Shown here: positions 41,257-54,255 of the stretch, one piece after another
Layout: every line of letters begins with the position of its first letter
Numbering within the stretch: the stretch's first letter is position 1
Origin: the human T2T-CHM13v2.0 reference genome, Homo sapiens
Assembly: GCF_009914755.1 (NCBI RefSeq)
Contig: NC_060928.1
Reading direction: 5' to 3' (one strand)
Length of the DNA stretch: 64,000 nucleotides
Notes under the pieces: model-generated
Told to the model about the DNA's origin: nothing
The model's input: only the letters and a program-made list of their open reading frames with translations
The model's database searches: none
Position numbers and translations under genes: made by a program

Positions 41257-42071
41257 AAATTACCTTTCTTGTTTAAGCTTTTTAGAACTTTTTTCTTTAT
41301 CTATTTTTAATTGTAACCAAAAGCATAGTAAACGATGTAAATATTAATTCATAGAGAAGTTGATAGGTTTTCCTACTTGAATGGGAATATGGGGAAAAAA
41401 AAAACCCTCTAAATTTTCTACTGAAAGAACTAAGTACAGAACAACTGGATTACATTGTGTATTCAGAGAGCACAATTTGGTAAAGACTTTCTCAGGCACG
41501 AAACAGTACTTGTGCCTTCTTAATAAAAAAAATTTCCAGTTAAGTTTTAATGAGGAGAACCTTTGGTTTCTGTCTCTCAGCCTCTTAGTTTGGACCATTT
41601 TGTGCCCTAAATCATGTCACTGAAATCTGGTTAGAATGAACTGCTTGGCAATGACTTCTTAGATGGGAACCCTCTGACTTGCATGAAATTTTCTACTCAG
41701 CCAGGAATGACTCACTTCTCAGCAAAGGACCCTGTAGAAGGTGGTGATAGTGGAGACAGATGTGATTTCTCTGGTGCCCTACTCAAAGATTCTCTCGCAT
41801 GCTAGGAAGGGCCAGAGGAGAGATTAGCCATATAGTTTGTCTCCATATTAAGAGGGTAAACCATAGTAATTTAGTTTTCCTAATCAAACACTCTCTGCCA
41901 GTTCACCTTTTTGGGAGATTGGGAGAGGAATTAAAAACTCAGAAAAATTTGTTCTTTCCTTTTCTTGCTGGTCATTTATTTATTCCTTATATCTCTGGAT
42001 ATCCAATGTGGGCTGGCAATAGGAGATCTGTGCCCTGCCCAATCATTCAGGGACCCAGGTTCCTGCTACAC

Positions 42072-42598
42072 CAGGGATCCCCAACCCCAGGCCATGGACC
42101 GCTACTGGTTCGTGGCCTGTTAGGAACCGGGCCACACAGCAGGAGGTGAGCAGTGAGTGAATGAGTGAAGCTTCATCAGTATTTACAGTTGCTTCCCACC
42201 ACTTGCATTACCGCCTGAGTTCCGCCTCCTGTCAGATCAGTGATGGCTTTAGATTCTCCTAGGATCACAAACCCTATTGTGAACTGCGCATGTGAGGGTT
42301 CTAGGTTGCATGCTCCTTATGAAAATCTAATGTCTGATGGCCTGTCACTGTCTCTGTCTCCCATCACCCGTAGACAGGACTGTCTAGTTTCAGGAAAACA
42401 AGCTTACCTCTCCCACTGATTCCATATTATGGTGAGTTATATAATTATTTCATTATATATCACAATGTAATAATAGAAATTAAAGTGCACAATAAATGCA
42501 ATGTGCTTGAATCATCCTGAAACCACACCGCCCCACCCTGCACCGCCTGGTGCCTTCCACAAAAGAGGTCCCTGGTGACAAAAAGGTGGGCACCACTG
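42072..42598 (+). mobile_element. MER1A hAT-Charlie DNA transposon, 527 bp
   Basis: CAGGGATCCCCAACCCC...AAAAAGGTGGGCACCACTG terminal inverted repeats. Exact 8-bp TSD TGCTACAC at 42064-42071 and 42599-42606. Appears nested in an older MLT1-like LTR (~41990-42860). Confidence 0.9.
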
Positions 42599-43486
42599 TG
42601 CTACACCATTCCCTAGAGCATTAGAATCCTACACTGAAGACTTTACCTCTCATCAGCAGATGATGAATGAGAGAGAGAGTATGAAGGATTTCCAGAGACT
42701 TTATGGGTCCAGCCCTAAAGTGATATGTATCACTTCCACCGCAGTTCATTGGCCATAACTAGTCACAATTCTACAAAGGAACCTGGAAAAAGGAGTCTAA
42801 CTGTTTGCTACAGAAGAAAAGGCAATGGAGTTTTGGGAATACACAGGATGGTCTCTGCCATAGACACACTGTTAAGTTTTGATTGGAACATTAATGTAAA
42901 TATTTCCTTAACAACTGGCAAGCTGCAGGTTGTAGGTAAAAGATTATTAAACCCTTTTCCCTTCTGCATAAGAATTTAACCTTTGGTTAACTTTTTATCT
43001 CTGTTTCCCTGGAAACCTGATAAAGGAAGAATGTCAAACTATGCAGCCAGGCAAGATTGCTTATGACAAAAATGACCGCTGGTTGGTAAACTGCATTAAA
43101 CTGAAAGAACTATAAAAATTTGATAGAAAGCCAGAGCTTTGGGCTTCTCTGAGTATAATGATTCTTGAATAATAACTGGACTTGTCCCTTGGAGGAGTGC
43201 TGGAAGCTATGTCTGTGGAGTTCTTACAGAGGAATTAGCTCCTACAGGATATGAGGTTTTTAAGCCAGGGGACTGGTGTATTCATCCCATGTGAATCTAG
43301 CTCTCTCACTCCTGAGCTGTCACCTTGAAACCAGTCCAAGTAGCTCCTCAGTAGCTGCGTGGACTGCTTCAAGCTTCATGGATGGTCATAGGGACTACTC
43401 CAAGGAAGAAAAATGCCTTATGCTCCCCTGATGGGGAGCTACTTTCCTGTCTCGGGCACACTTGTGTCAAGTGGGAGCCATGACCA

Positions 43487-43724
43487 CAGAGCTGACTTAT
43501 TTGTTAGATACAAACATACAGTGCCTTGGGCCCACATTCCTTTTGAGGGCCCATGAAAATACATTTTTTTAAATCAGAAGAAAAAATACTTTAAGGTGAA
43601 AGTGATGTTTTCATATGTAATATTGATATATTTATTTTTACACCAGTGCAATTGTACCATATGCTTTTTACTATTTTTTATTTTTACAAAAAAAGGGGCC
43701 CATGAAGGTCATATCGTGGCCCTG
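43487..43724. mobile_element. Non-autonomous hAT (Tip100-like) DNA transposon remnant
   Basis: CAGAGCTGACTTAT...CAGTGCCTTGGGCCCAC and GGGGCCCATGAAGGTCATATCGTGGCCCTG ends around an AT-rich core. Confidence 0.55.
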
Positions 43725-45165
43725 TATGAGAGCCTCATGAGGCTGGCCTGATAGCTTGGTAGAGCTTAAAGAGACCCCTTGATGGCTGATACACATGGAA
43801 TAGCTGAAGTTTCAAGAAATGAATCCTTAAAAAAATACCACATTTAAGTAAAATATGATAACTAAAATACTGTGTCAATGTCTCTGGTTATTCTTTTGGG
43901 GTGAACATACTGTGTGGTGGGTCTGGAAGATTCTTTTGTTGACTTGAATGTTAGCTCTTCAGGAAAAGCAGTGAGTATAGCAGCAGTTCCTGACATAATA
44001 TATAGTAAGTCAGATACAATCTTGAGAAACCAGTGTAACTACAACATCTTGAATTTGGTGCACCTTAAAAATGACTTAGGATAGCAGTTTCCAAGAAAAC
44101 CCAGTTGTGGCCACAGTCACATCTCCATCAGCTGGGGCTGCTGACCTTGTTTTTGCTGTTACTGTTGGCATAGCTGGGGGCTCAGTTCTGATAGTGAAGA
44201 TGTCTGCTTCTCCCTTTTCTGCAAAATTGACTCTGAACAACCAGCCTCTCAGAAAAACCAGGCTTACTGGGAGGGTATTCATTTTGTTTCAACCCAAGAC
44301 AGCACAGAAAAACATCTGTTCAAAATTGCTCATGGCTTTGACTAATCCATGGCTCATTTATTTTTATTTTTTGCTATAAGATGACTGTTTTTTCTCCTTT
44401 CATCTTCTTAAAGGAAACAATTTATTTGTAGATTTAAAAATGGTTCATTTGTCTGTCTGTTCATCCATCCATCCATCCATCCACCCACCCAGGCTTCAAT
44501 CCAGAAGCAGATTAGTTTTTAAAAATTTGAGTATAGCCCCTTCAATTCAATATGAGGAAGGTGAAGCCCAAACACATTAACATGTTTGCTTGAGTTCACA
44601 CAGCCAATTAGAAGTAGACTCAGGACAGAGCCAAGTTTCCTGGCCCTCAATTTAGTCCTACCCCATGCTGATTCCTTCAGAAAAGATGCTAGCAGTTCTG
44701 TTAGAAAGAATCAGGAGGAGCAATAGAACTTAGCACTTGGAAAAGAACAACTGGAGGCCAGGGCTGGGCACTGTTGACAAAAGAGGCCAGGCCTAAAGCC
44801 TGTTCAGAGAGCCACATTTCACTGGGCACAAGATGAATCAAGCCTCCTCAGGCACTGCTGGTTCAAAATGCTCTTGTTCAACATGCCAGAGGCACAAAGT
44901 ACAGTATGTGTCTGTGGAAGGTTTTTTGCAGCTCAGCCCTGCTCTTCAAGATGCATGCCAAGGCAAGCCATGCGAGAGCCATACAGTATTTTGTCTGAAA
45001 GCCCCGTATAAGCTCCCTGCCCTGAGACATCTGCCTAATATCCTCCTGGTGTCACAGTTGAGGAATGGCATCACATCAGACACTGTGGCATTTAGTGGGG
45101 AGATTAAGCTTCTCACTAAACTGAGCATTTGCAGTAAGAAACGGAAGGGTAAGAAGACTTTCTGC

Positions 45166-45573
<408 letters not shown>

Positions 45574-45776
45574 TCAACCTTCTGCCATACACAGCTAACA
45601 GGACACTCAGCTTTTGAAAGACACCCTTTCTGTGTAGCCCATGTCCTAACAAAGGAAAAGATAAAATGTTGCAAAAGAAGACAAAGGAAGGCCTCTTTTG
45701 TTCTTTACTGTTACAATGGCTGTGACAGCAAATGCTTACATAGTGCTGTCTAGGTGTCAGATACTATTCTAAGAAG

Positions 45777-46085
45777 TTTTTTGTTTTTTGTTTTTGAGAA
45801 GGGGTATCACTCTTGCCCAGGCTAGAGTACAGTAGCAAAATAATAGCTCACTGCAGCCTAGAACTCCTGGGTTTAAGTGACCCTGTTGTCTTAGCCTCCC
45901 TAGTAGCTGGGATTACAGGTGCCTGCCACCACACCCACCTAATTTTTTTAAATTTAAGAATTTTTTTAGAGATGGAGTCTTGCTGTGTTTCCCAGGCTGG
46001 TCTTGAACTCCTAGCCTTAAGTTATTCTTTCACCTCAGCCTCCCCAGTAGCTGGGATTACAGGTGTGAACCACTGCACTCAGCAT
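45777..46085 (-). mobile_element. AluJ, nested in a MIR
   Basis: J-type ATAGCTCACTGCAGCCTAGAACTCCTGGG. TSD-like TTCTAAGA(A)GTTTT on both sides. MIR sequence continues at ~46090-46290. Confidence 0.88.
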
Positions 46086-46383
46086 GTTCTAAGAGTTTTA
46101 TACGTATTAATTCACCAAATCATTAGAGCATTTTTATGAGAGAGCAACTATTATTAGCTCCTTCTTACAGAGTAGGAACCAGGCACAGAGACGTGAAGTT
46201 GCTTGCCCAAGGTCACACAGTTAGTAGAGGGGACAGTTGGGCTATGAACCCCGATGCTATGGCTTGAAAATCTGTTCTGTTATCCTCTGTGCTAAGTTCT
46301 CTCTCACTAAGAATTAAAAATGTAAGAAATGCCATTCTAGATAACATGCACAGTCTAGGATCCATCTAGCCATCCATCTACCC

Positions 46384-46402
46384 ACCCACTAGGTGGCAAA
46401 CA
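46384..46402 (+). promoter_or_regulatory. Candidate CTCF site
   Basis: CCACTAGGTGGCA (46386-46398) matches the CTCF core CCASYAGRKGGCR. Confidence 0.55.
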
Positions 46403-49400
46403 CTGAGTTAGCCCATGCAGATACCATGGTGATCAAAGACAGGTGCTGTCTCCAGCCTTGGTGAGATGTTCTTTAAGTCAAGAGCTTCTGTGGTTGCCTC
46501 TTGATCCCCATTGCCCCCACTCTCCAGGCTGTGAAAAGGTCCTGGCTGCCCTGGAGGGCCAGGCCTGTGGTAATGTTCTGGGATTTATTTCTGGAGGTCT
46601 AGTCCAGATCCCACTCCTCTGACCCCTCTAGAGATTTTATATGCTCGATGTAACGCAGTTGGGACACCTTCTCCTTAAAGTGACTAGATGGTGTCTACTT
46701 TCTGCATCTGAATTGTGATTGACACCTTTTCCTAACGGGTTAATGGGTAAAGATTAAAATAAGAGGTGCCTCTAGTCCTAGCAAGGGAAGCAGGAGTGGC
46801 TCTGAGACTTAGTGCATGCGCATCACAGCAGGACGGAGGACCACTGGGAGGGAAGGTGGGGCCAGTGGGGGCCCAAGGCCTAGATCCTAATATGCAGCAT
46901 AGGTCAGACCGGGAACAGGAACCCAGGGCCAGGCCAGCTAGCACTCTCCCACGTGACCAGGGAGCCCAGGACATCTCAATCAGATTCTGTCTGGAGACAG
47001 CATGGAGCTGGGTAGAAAGCATAGATTTCTTCTGGAGTCACAGGCTGAGGACCAAATTGGTAGATGAGATGAACAGAATATTGTTTAGCCAAGGACTATT
47101 TTTCTAAACCAGACACGCAGCTGGACTCTGAGTCTAGTCTGGACACTTGTACTTTCCTATGCATGCATATTTTGTGTCCAAATAAATCTCCTGATCTGTA
47201 ATAAATATATATGTATTGTACTTAAGATGTACCTAACAAATATTTACTAAGCATCCACTATGTGACAGATGCCACTCTAGGTACTGGGGATACGGCAGTG
47301 AACAAAACCCATAAAAATCCCTGTTGTCACAAGGCTTACATCTGTAATTTAAAAATATTTTAAATTTGAAAAACACTGAAAAACCCAGAGGTAAAAATTA
47401 CCCATAATCCCATTAAAAAGTGTCACATGTATAGAATATGTAAAAATAAAGCAAGAAATCAGTGTTTCTCCTTATCCATCCAATCCTACCCATCCACCAT
47501 AAGGTAACCATTATAAATTTTTCCTAAATTTTAAAGACATTAAGTATACATACCTATGAAATATTTATTTTATTCTATTTTTACAAAAATAGAATAATGC
47601 TTTACAGAATGACCTACATGTCCCCTCACTGCCACCCAATTGATCATGGACCTCTGTTTCAGTTGAGCTCCCCAAGAAGCGGACCTTGGGCCAAGGATTC
47701 AAACACACACCCTGCTCAGCATATCTAGGTCTATTCCATTCATTGTAATGGTTGCACAGCATTTCACCATGTGTCTGTATCATTATTTATTTAATCCCCC
47801 CAATGTACACACATTACCCTACCTCCACTCCACTTCCCACTCACTGACACTTAGGATTGTTGGGAGTGTGCTGATGTTATTGACTATTGTAAGGGGGGAC
47901 ATATGCGACAAAGGGAAACTCCATTTTCCAAAGGCCATGGCTGCAAGACAGGGTTCTGAGGGCTGGAGAAATGACAGTGTTGGCAGCAGGGAGATAAGGT
48001 CTAAGAAACTTATTGTCCTTATCACGTGCAAGATATATAGCTAATACATGTTTACGTGAAGTTGGCCAAATCAGTCACCCGGATGACATAAAATGGGAAA
48101 GACCTCATTCATTTAGTGGTTTATTTTCTCTTTGCCAACTACACCAGCCACTTGCTTCTTGACATTTTTGGTCTCAATGTCATCATATATCACTAGTTCT
48201 AGCATGTCTTTTGGAACTAGTCCACATTATAGTATTTAAGATTGCTGATTTTTTAAAATGACAAAACTACGTATGAATACCTGAGTGATTTTATCTGTAT
48301 TTTGTCGCCGTGGCATTCTCAGATCTTTGAGTAAAGGATGAAAATCTTTATGTTTCTAAGAAGAGTGACAGTTTCTAAGGTCTTCAGTATCTTGGTAGGT
48401 GATTTCAGATGATCATCAGCACCACCAATCAACACTTCTAGAATCTCTATGAGAACCATATTATAGTCAGGGAGGAGGTTTTGGGCTGGCAGCAAAGATC
48501 TGGCATCTGCCCCTGGCCATCTGCATGCCTGTGGCACGTCACTTGGCCTTCCCGGATCTTGGAATAATAATGCCTCCCTGGCATAACTTGTGGCAATCAA
48601 AGGAAAAATCCAATGTAGAAGTGCTCTTCAGGTATCAGCTCCCAAACAAATACAGGATACTGGAGGAAGAATCTGGATTGTGCTAGCTGCAGTGGGTAAC
48701 ATTAGCTCAAGTCTCCCTTAAAGAGTCAGCACCCTGAAGCTGAACTCCTCCCCACTAACAGCACATTCAGCTCTCCAAAAAGCCTTAACAAATAGAGTTT
48801 ATTTTACTAAAGGTTTTATGGAGAAATAAATAAGATTCCCCACAGTTAAACTTAGTCATCTTTTCCAACAGAAACATTTGTTCTTCCCTGAGAGCTCATC
48901 TTTGGCCACCAGGAACCTTAGTTCTGTCTCCTACCTTGTCCAACAAAGACTCCCCAGCCTCAGTGGCTCTAACCTTTCTTTATTCCTTAAGCTTCCCTTT
49001 GGGTCTTTCTATGTACTTTCCCCCTCTGAGTTTTTACACAGCAATTATACCTTAATCTTGATACCATCTCTTTACTCAATGGTCAAAAAACATTCTTCTT
49101 AGGTCCTCCTGCCCTCCTTTGAAAGCAGTGGAGGAATTTTAAATAACACATATTTTCATCACAAACTTTTTCCCTTGTCGTAACATTATCAGGTGTTTTC
49201 ATTATTCTGCTCATTCAAAATGTTTACGGACTGGTTAGATCCAGAAACTTGGGAATCCTCTAAGGCCAGCCCCTCATTTGGTACCTGTAGTCATTGGCTC
49301 CCAGAGGAGAGAAGGGACTTGCAGAAGGCTATAGAATCAGTCTGCGACAAACCCACAGTTAGAAAGCCATGGCTGACTCCCAACTCAGTGCTCATCCCAC

Positions 49401-49601
49401 CATATCAAGCCTGGGGCATAAATGAATTGAGAGGCTTTCAGATTCCGTGGGACCCAAAACTCTGAACTAAAAGAGAACTTGGAGATCATCTAGAACAAAC
49501 CTTTGGTTTTAGGAAGGTTAAAAGGGAACCTTTTCTTCTATAGACTCTGAATCCTAGAAGTACAACAGATTAGAAGGTTACTTTAAAACGTATATACTTG
49601 C

Positions 49602-49747
49602 CTGGTGGGTATGATTTCCAGGAACATATACAGACTTAAACTGTTTCAGGAGACTCCGAGCTCCAGCAATATCCCGAAGTGAAGTAAAGAGTTCATCCAC
49701 GGCAATTTTGGATTTGTGAAATGTCAGATTAATTGAAGAGTCCCAGT
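49602..49747 (-). CDS. SCFD2: SCFD2 internal coding exon (probably exon 6), 146 nt
   Basis: Minus strand: TTTTTTCAG|AC TGG GAC... encodes (x)WDSSINLTFHKSKIAVDELFTSLRDIAGARSLLKQFKSVYVPGNHTHQ and ends CAG|GCAAGT. Stop-free and in frame with the next exon. Missed by the ORF track. Confidence 0.92.
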
Positions 49748-50539
49748 CTGAAAAAATCCAGAGATATTTTCTTGAGTGAGTAAATCTTTAAGTTTTCATC
49801 ATGACAGCTTGAGCTCGATGTAATGTAGTTGGGAGGTTTTTTTTTTTCTTTATTATTATTATTATTATTGTTATTTTTTACCCTGTTTTCCTCTGGCTGT
49901 TTACCAACTGGGCTGTTTCAATCGTCCATGAGCAATGAAGCAAATTGAGTATAAATGCCTTTGACAGAAGTGGAACTCAAAATTGCCTGGGATTTCAGCC
50001 ACTGGCTTCCATCCCTAGACTGCAGACATTTCACAGAAAGCAAGCTCCTAGGGCCCATAATCCTCGGAACACGACTTTGGGAAAATATGAGGAGACACAA
50101 AGGAAAATACGAGAGACTGTTATGATCAAACTCACTTGCTTGAATCCCACCAATAGTTTCCATAAAGCAGGACAGCAAGAATGAGAAAGATCCTGTCTAA
50201 TGCACTAACAAAGCACGTGGCACATTTCAGAGGGCTGCCATTCAAAGCTGATCAAACACAGGGGGACTTAACAAGAAGACGGTTTTCTGCAACCTTCTGT
50301 TTCTTTTTCAAACTCAGAAGAACGTATTCTCTGTTTTGTTAGAAGCTCATTCAGAGGAGACATGATCATGGATAAGTTAAAAAAAAATAGGAAAAGATTA
50401 AAAATATGTCTTCTTACCTCTCCCAAATACATCAGCTACATTAACTCATTAATCGTCACATCATCCGTATGAGGCAGGAACTATTGTCTCCACCATTTTA
50501 AGTATAAGGGGACTGAGGTGCAGGTTAAGTAACACCCCT

Positions 50540-51033
50540 GTGTCAAGGATTGCCAAGGCCCTGCCCATACCCACTCGGTCACCCTGGGTGTCCCCTGCGA
50601 GAGTGGTAAAGTTTCTGTGTATTCCGACTGCTTCCTACCTCAGTACCTGCATGTCAGGCAGTTAGTCTGTCTGTCTGTCTCTCTCTGCCTCTGCCTCTTC
50701 TTGTCTAAGGGCTTTCTCTGATGTAGAAGCATGTTTGGCTTGTGTATGGGGCAGGCTGGGAGTGCTGGGGAGTCAACACTCATAGAAATAATCCCATTTT
50801 CTCTTCCCGTGGAGGAATAATTCTGAGTTGTGGTCTGCACAGCCTTTCTGAGGGGCCCCAGAAGGATGAAGCACCCACTGCCCACAACATCAACTCACCC
50901 ATTAATACCCCCATTAGTGGCTTTCCTTCCTCCCCCGTCTCACCTCCCTACCTCCTGACTGTGCTTTGGGATATCTTTCCAAATTCAGTATTCGCACCCA
51001 CATCCTTGTCTCAAGATAGTAGTGATTTGAAGA
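50540..51033 (+). mobile_element. Old ERVL LTR (LTR16-like)
   Basis: CTGAGGGGCCCCAG...CACTGCCCACAACA...CATTAATAC...TGGCTTTCCTTCCTCCCCCGTCTCAC...CTTGTCTCAAG. Confidence 0.55.
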
Positions 51034-51049
51034 CAGGTCTGGCTTTATG

Positions 51050-51797
51050 TTTTTAGTAACGGCTTTGTTGAGATATAATTCATATACTATATGGTTACCC
51101 ATTTAAAGTATAAAATTCAAAGTTTTTAGCATATTCTGAGTTTAACAACCATCATCACCACCACAATTTTATAACACTGTGTCACCCCAACAAGAAATCC
51201 CATACCTGTTAGCAGTCACCCCCGATTTCTGCCCCCTCCAGCCCCTGGCAATCCCTAATGTGCTTTGTCTCTGTGGATTTACCTATTCTGGACATTTCAT
51301 ACAAACAGAATGACAGAATATGTAGTCTTTTGTGACTGGCTTCTTTCACTTATTGTAATGTTTTCAGGGTTCATCCAAGTTGTAGCATTAATACTTCATT
51401 TCTTATTGCTTACTAATATTTCATTGTATATAGAATATTCATGTATATGAAATGTGGAAATAGTATATTTTATATATCGACTTATCGGTTAATGGACATT
51501 TGGGTTGTTTTTGCCTTTTGGTTATCATGAGTAATGCTGCTAGTTTTACATGTACATGTTTTTGTGTGGACATACATTTTCATTTCTCTTAGGTATATAC
51601 CTACGACTAGAACAGCTGGTCATATGGTAACTTTGTGTTTAACCTTTTGAGGAAGTGCTAAGCTGTTTTCCAAACTGATTGCACTATTTTACATTCCCAC
51701 CAACAGTGTAAGAGGGTTTCAATTTCTCTACATCCTAACCAATGCTTATTATTAGCTATCTTCTTAATTATAGCTATCCTAGTAGATGTAAAGTGAG
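51050..51797 (-). mobile_element. L1MB-like LINE 3' fragment
   Basis: GCTTTGTTGAGATATAATTCA..., CCTATTCTGGACATTTCATACAAA..., GCTGGTCATATGGTAACT..., ACATTCCCACCAACAGTG. Confidence 0.85.
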
Positions 51798-52070
51798 GAT
51801 ACACGTGTTGAAAAGAAATAGTTTTTAGGGAGTAGAGGTAGATTCAAACAAGCTTAAACTAAAATGGAATGAATCTAACATACCCAGAAGCATCCAAAAG
51901 AATCCAGCTGCATCAGACACAGCGAGGTGGCATGTGAGAAGCTCAGCTTGTATTCTCAGTCACTGTGTGACATTGTGTGTAATAACTCTTAAAGGATGGG
52001 CAAAAGCCTCTGATTAGTCTTCATCTCCTGGTTTCCAGAAATGTCCAACCCATTGCCATGAAAAAAAATC

Positions 52071-52429
<359 letters not shown>

Positions 52430-53854
52430 TCACAACAGTGGACCCTACACACATGGGATTCATAGACTGCAGGGGATTGGGGGGTAGGGGAAGAATGAAG
52501 GGATTCAGGAAGTTCGTGGGAACTTCCTGGAATTCTATGCCAAGCTTTGAGGAAAGAAGAAAATGTGTAGTTTTATGGGGAGCATGTCTATAATTCCCTC
52601 TTGATTCTAAAAGAGTTCATAACCAAGGCAAGTTTAGAGCCACAGGTACAGAGCATGGATTGGTATCACAGCGTGTTTGCTGTTGGCATCACACTTCAGT
52701 TGAAATACACTGGCTTGTGCTTTAGACAATCACCAGCCAGAAGAAACCCTGGGAGGTTATGGCTTCTCACTCAACATGTGGCTTCTTTCCTTCAACCCCT
52801 AGGCTCAGCCATTTAAGATGTGAGAAACTGAATCAATTATATCTAGGAGTTGAGTACTATGTACTACTTTTTCAAATTTAAAAAGGCACAAAAACAAGGA
52901 GAAAAAAAGTTACTAGTTCTAATATCATGCAAAGTCTTTCAGTTCCTCTAAAAGTCAATCCAGCTAAATAGACTAATTTTTTTATTTAAAGTAATTCGTT
53001 TTCTATAGAACAGAAAGAGTCATCCATTTTCCATATGGTCTCTTGCAATTTTTTGGAATATGAGAAGTATGATATTCATTCATTAGGCTGGGTGGAATAG
53101 AATCATCTACTAGATTATACAGTATTTACTTAAAATCCTAGATTATACATGAAAGTTATGGATTATACATTGACATTAATTAATCATAGGCTGTGTAATT
53201 GCAGGGATTTAGTTCTACTGTGGAGCAGGTTGTCTGATATTAAGTGTTTACAGGTTACTACTGGTAAATTGAACTCAAATGAACCCAACAGAAAAATAAG
53301 ACTGTTAAAGAAACTGCTGGACGGAAAATGCAAAGTCCTAAATTCACAAATATAGTCAATCTTGCTGAAAAATAGTCGATTATGTCTATTTTTCAAGCCA
53401 ACTGTACATGGGCAATTTCTATCCAAACCATTAACCCTCTCCAATTTGTCTGTCATCCTCAAAGTTCTATGATATATACGTTTTAGGGATACTGGGCCAA
53501 AGGTGATTCATTTTTATCAGTCTTTAAGCATTTTTCATAATCACATCAATCCTCACCAAAAGAAGGATTTACATTTATTTTCCCAAACCCTATAATGAAA
53601 GTTACACACACACACACCCTTTAGAAATATGGATCAGTCAGGATAAATGACGTATGCAAGATCACATCACTATTCCCAGCAGAGCCAGGGTTCAAATATC
53701 CCCGATTGCAGACCTGAACTTCTCCATGTATGCTGCCTCCCACAATTCCACATCTCATCTGTGAATGCAGCTCATTCCAAATATATGCTGAATTGATAGA
53801 TAAGATGGAATATGGATACAAAAGCTGTTAAATGGGGTGAATTATTTTCCGTGA

Positions 53855-54105
53855 TAATAGTAGTATATAAGCGCCAGTTGCTCACACTATGCTAGAAACT
53901 ATTCTAAGAAGTTTATACATAATAGCTCATTTAATCTCCACAGACACCTAATGTGCTAGGTACTATTATCATTCTCATTTTGCAGATGGAGAAACTGAGC
54001 CACAGAGAAGTTAAGTAACACAAACTCACTCAATCAGTACATGGTAAAGCTAAGATTCAAACCCTTACAGTCTAACTCCAAAGTTGGTCCTGTTAAACAC
54101 TACAT
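53855..54105 (-). mobile_element. MIR SINE
   Basis: CATTTTGCAGATGGAGAAACTGAGCCACAGAGAAGTTAAGTAAC core. Confidence 0.8.
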
Positions 54106-54114
54106 TCTGCTGTC

Positions 54115-54220
54115 TTTCATATCTGCTAAGGCCACATGTGTATATATATATATATGTATGCTATATGTGCTATTTTATATATATATGTACTATATGTGCT
54201 ATTTCATATCTGCTAAAGCC

Positions 54221-54253
<33 letters not shown>

Positions 54254-54255
54254 CA
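54115..54255. repeat. Compound AT-rich repeat with internal duplication
   Basis: TTTCATATCTGCTAA(G/A)GCCA occurs twice and CTATATGTGCTATTT twice, with (TA)n runs between. Confidence 0.8.
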
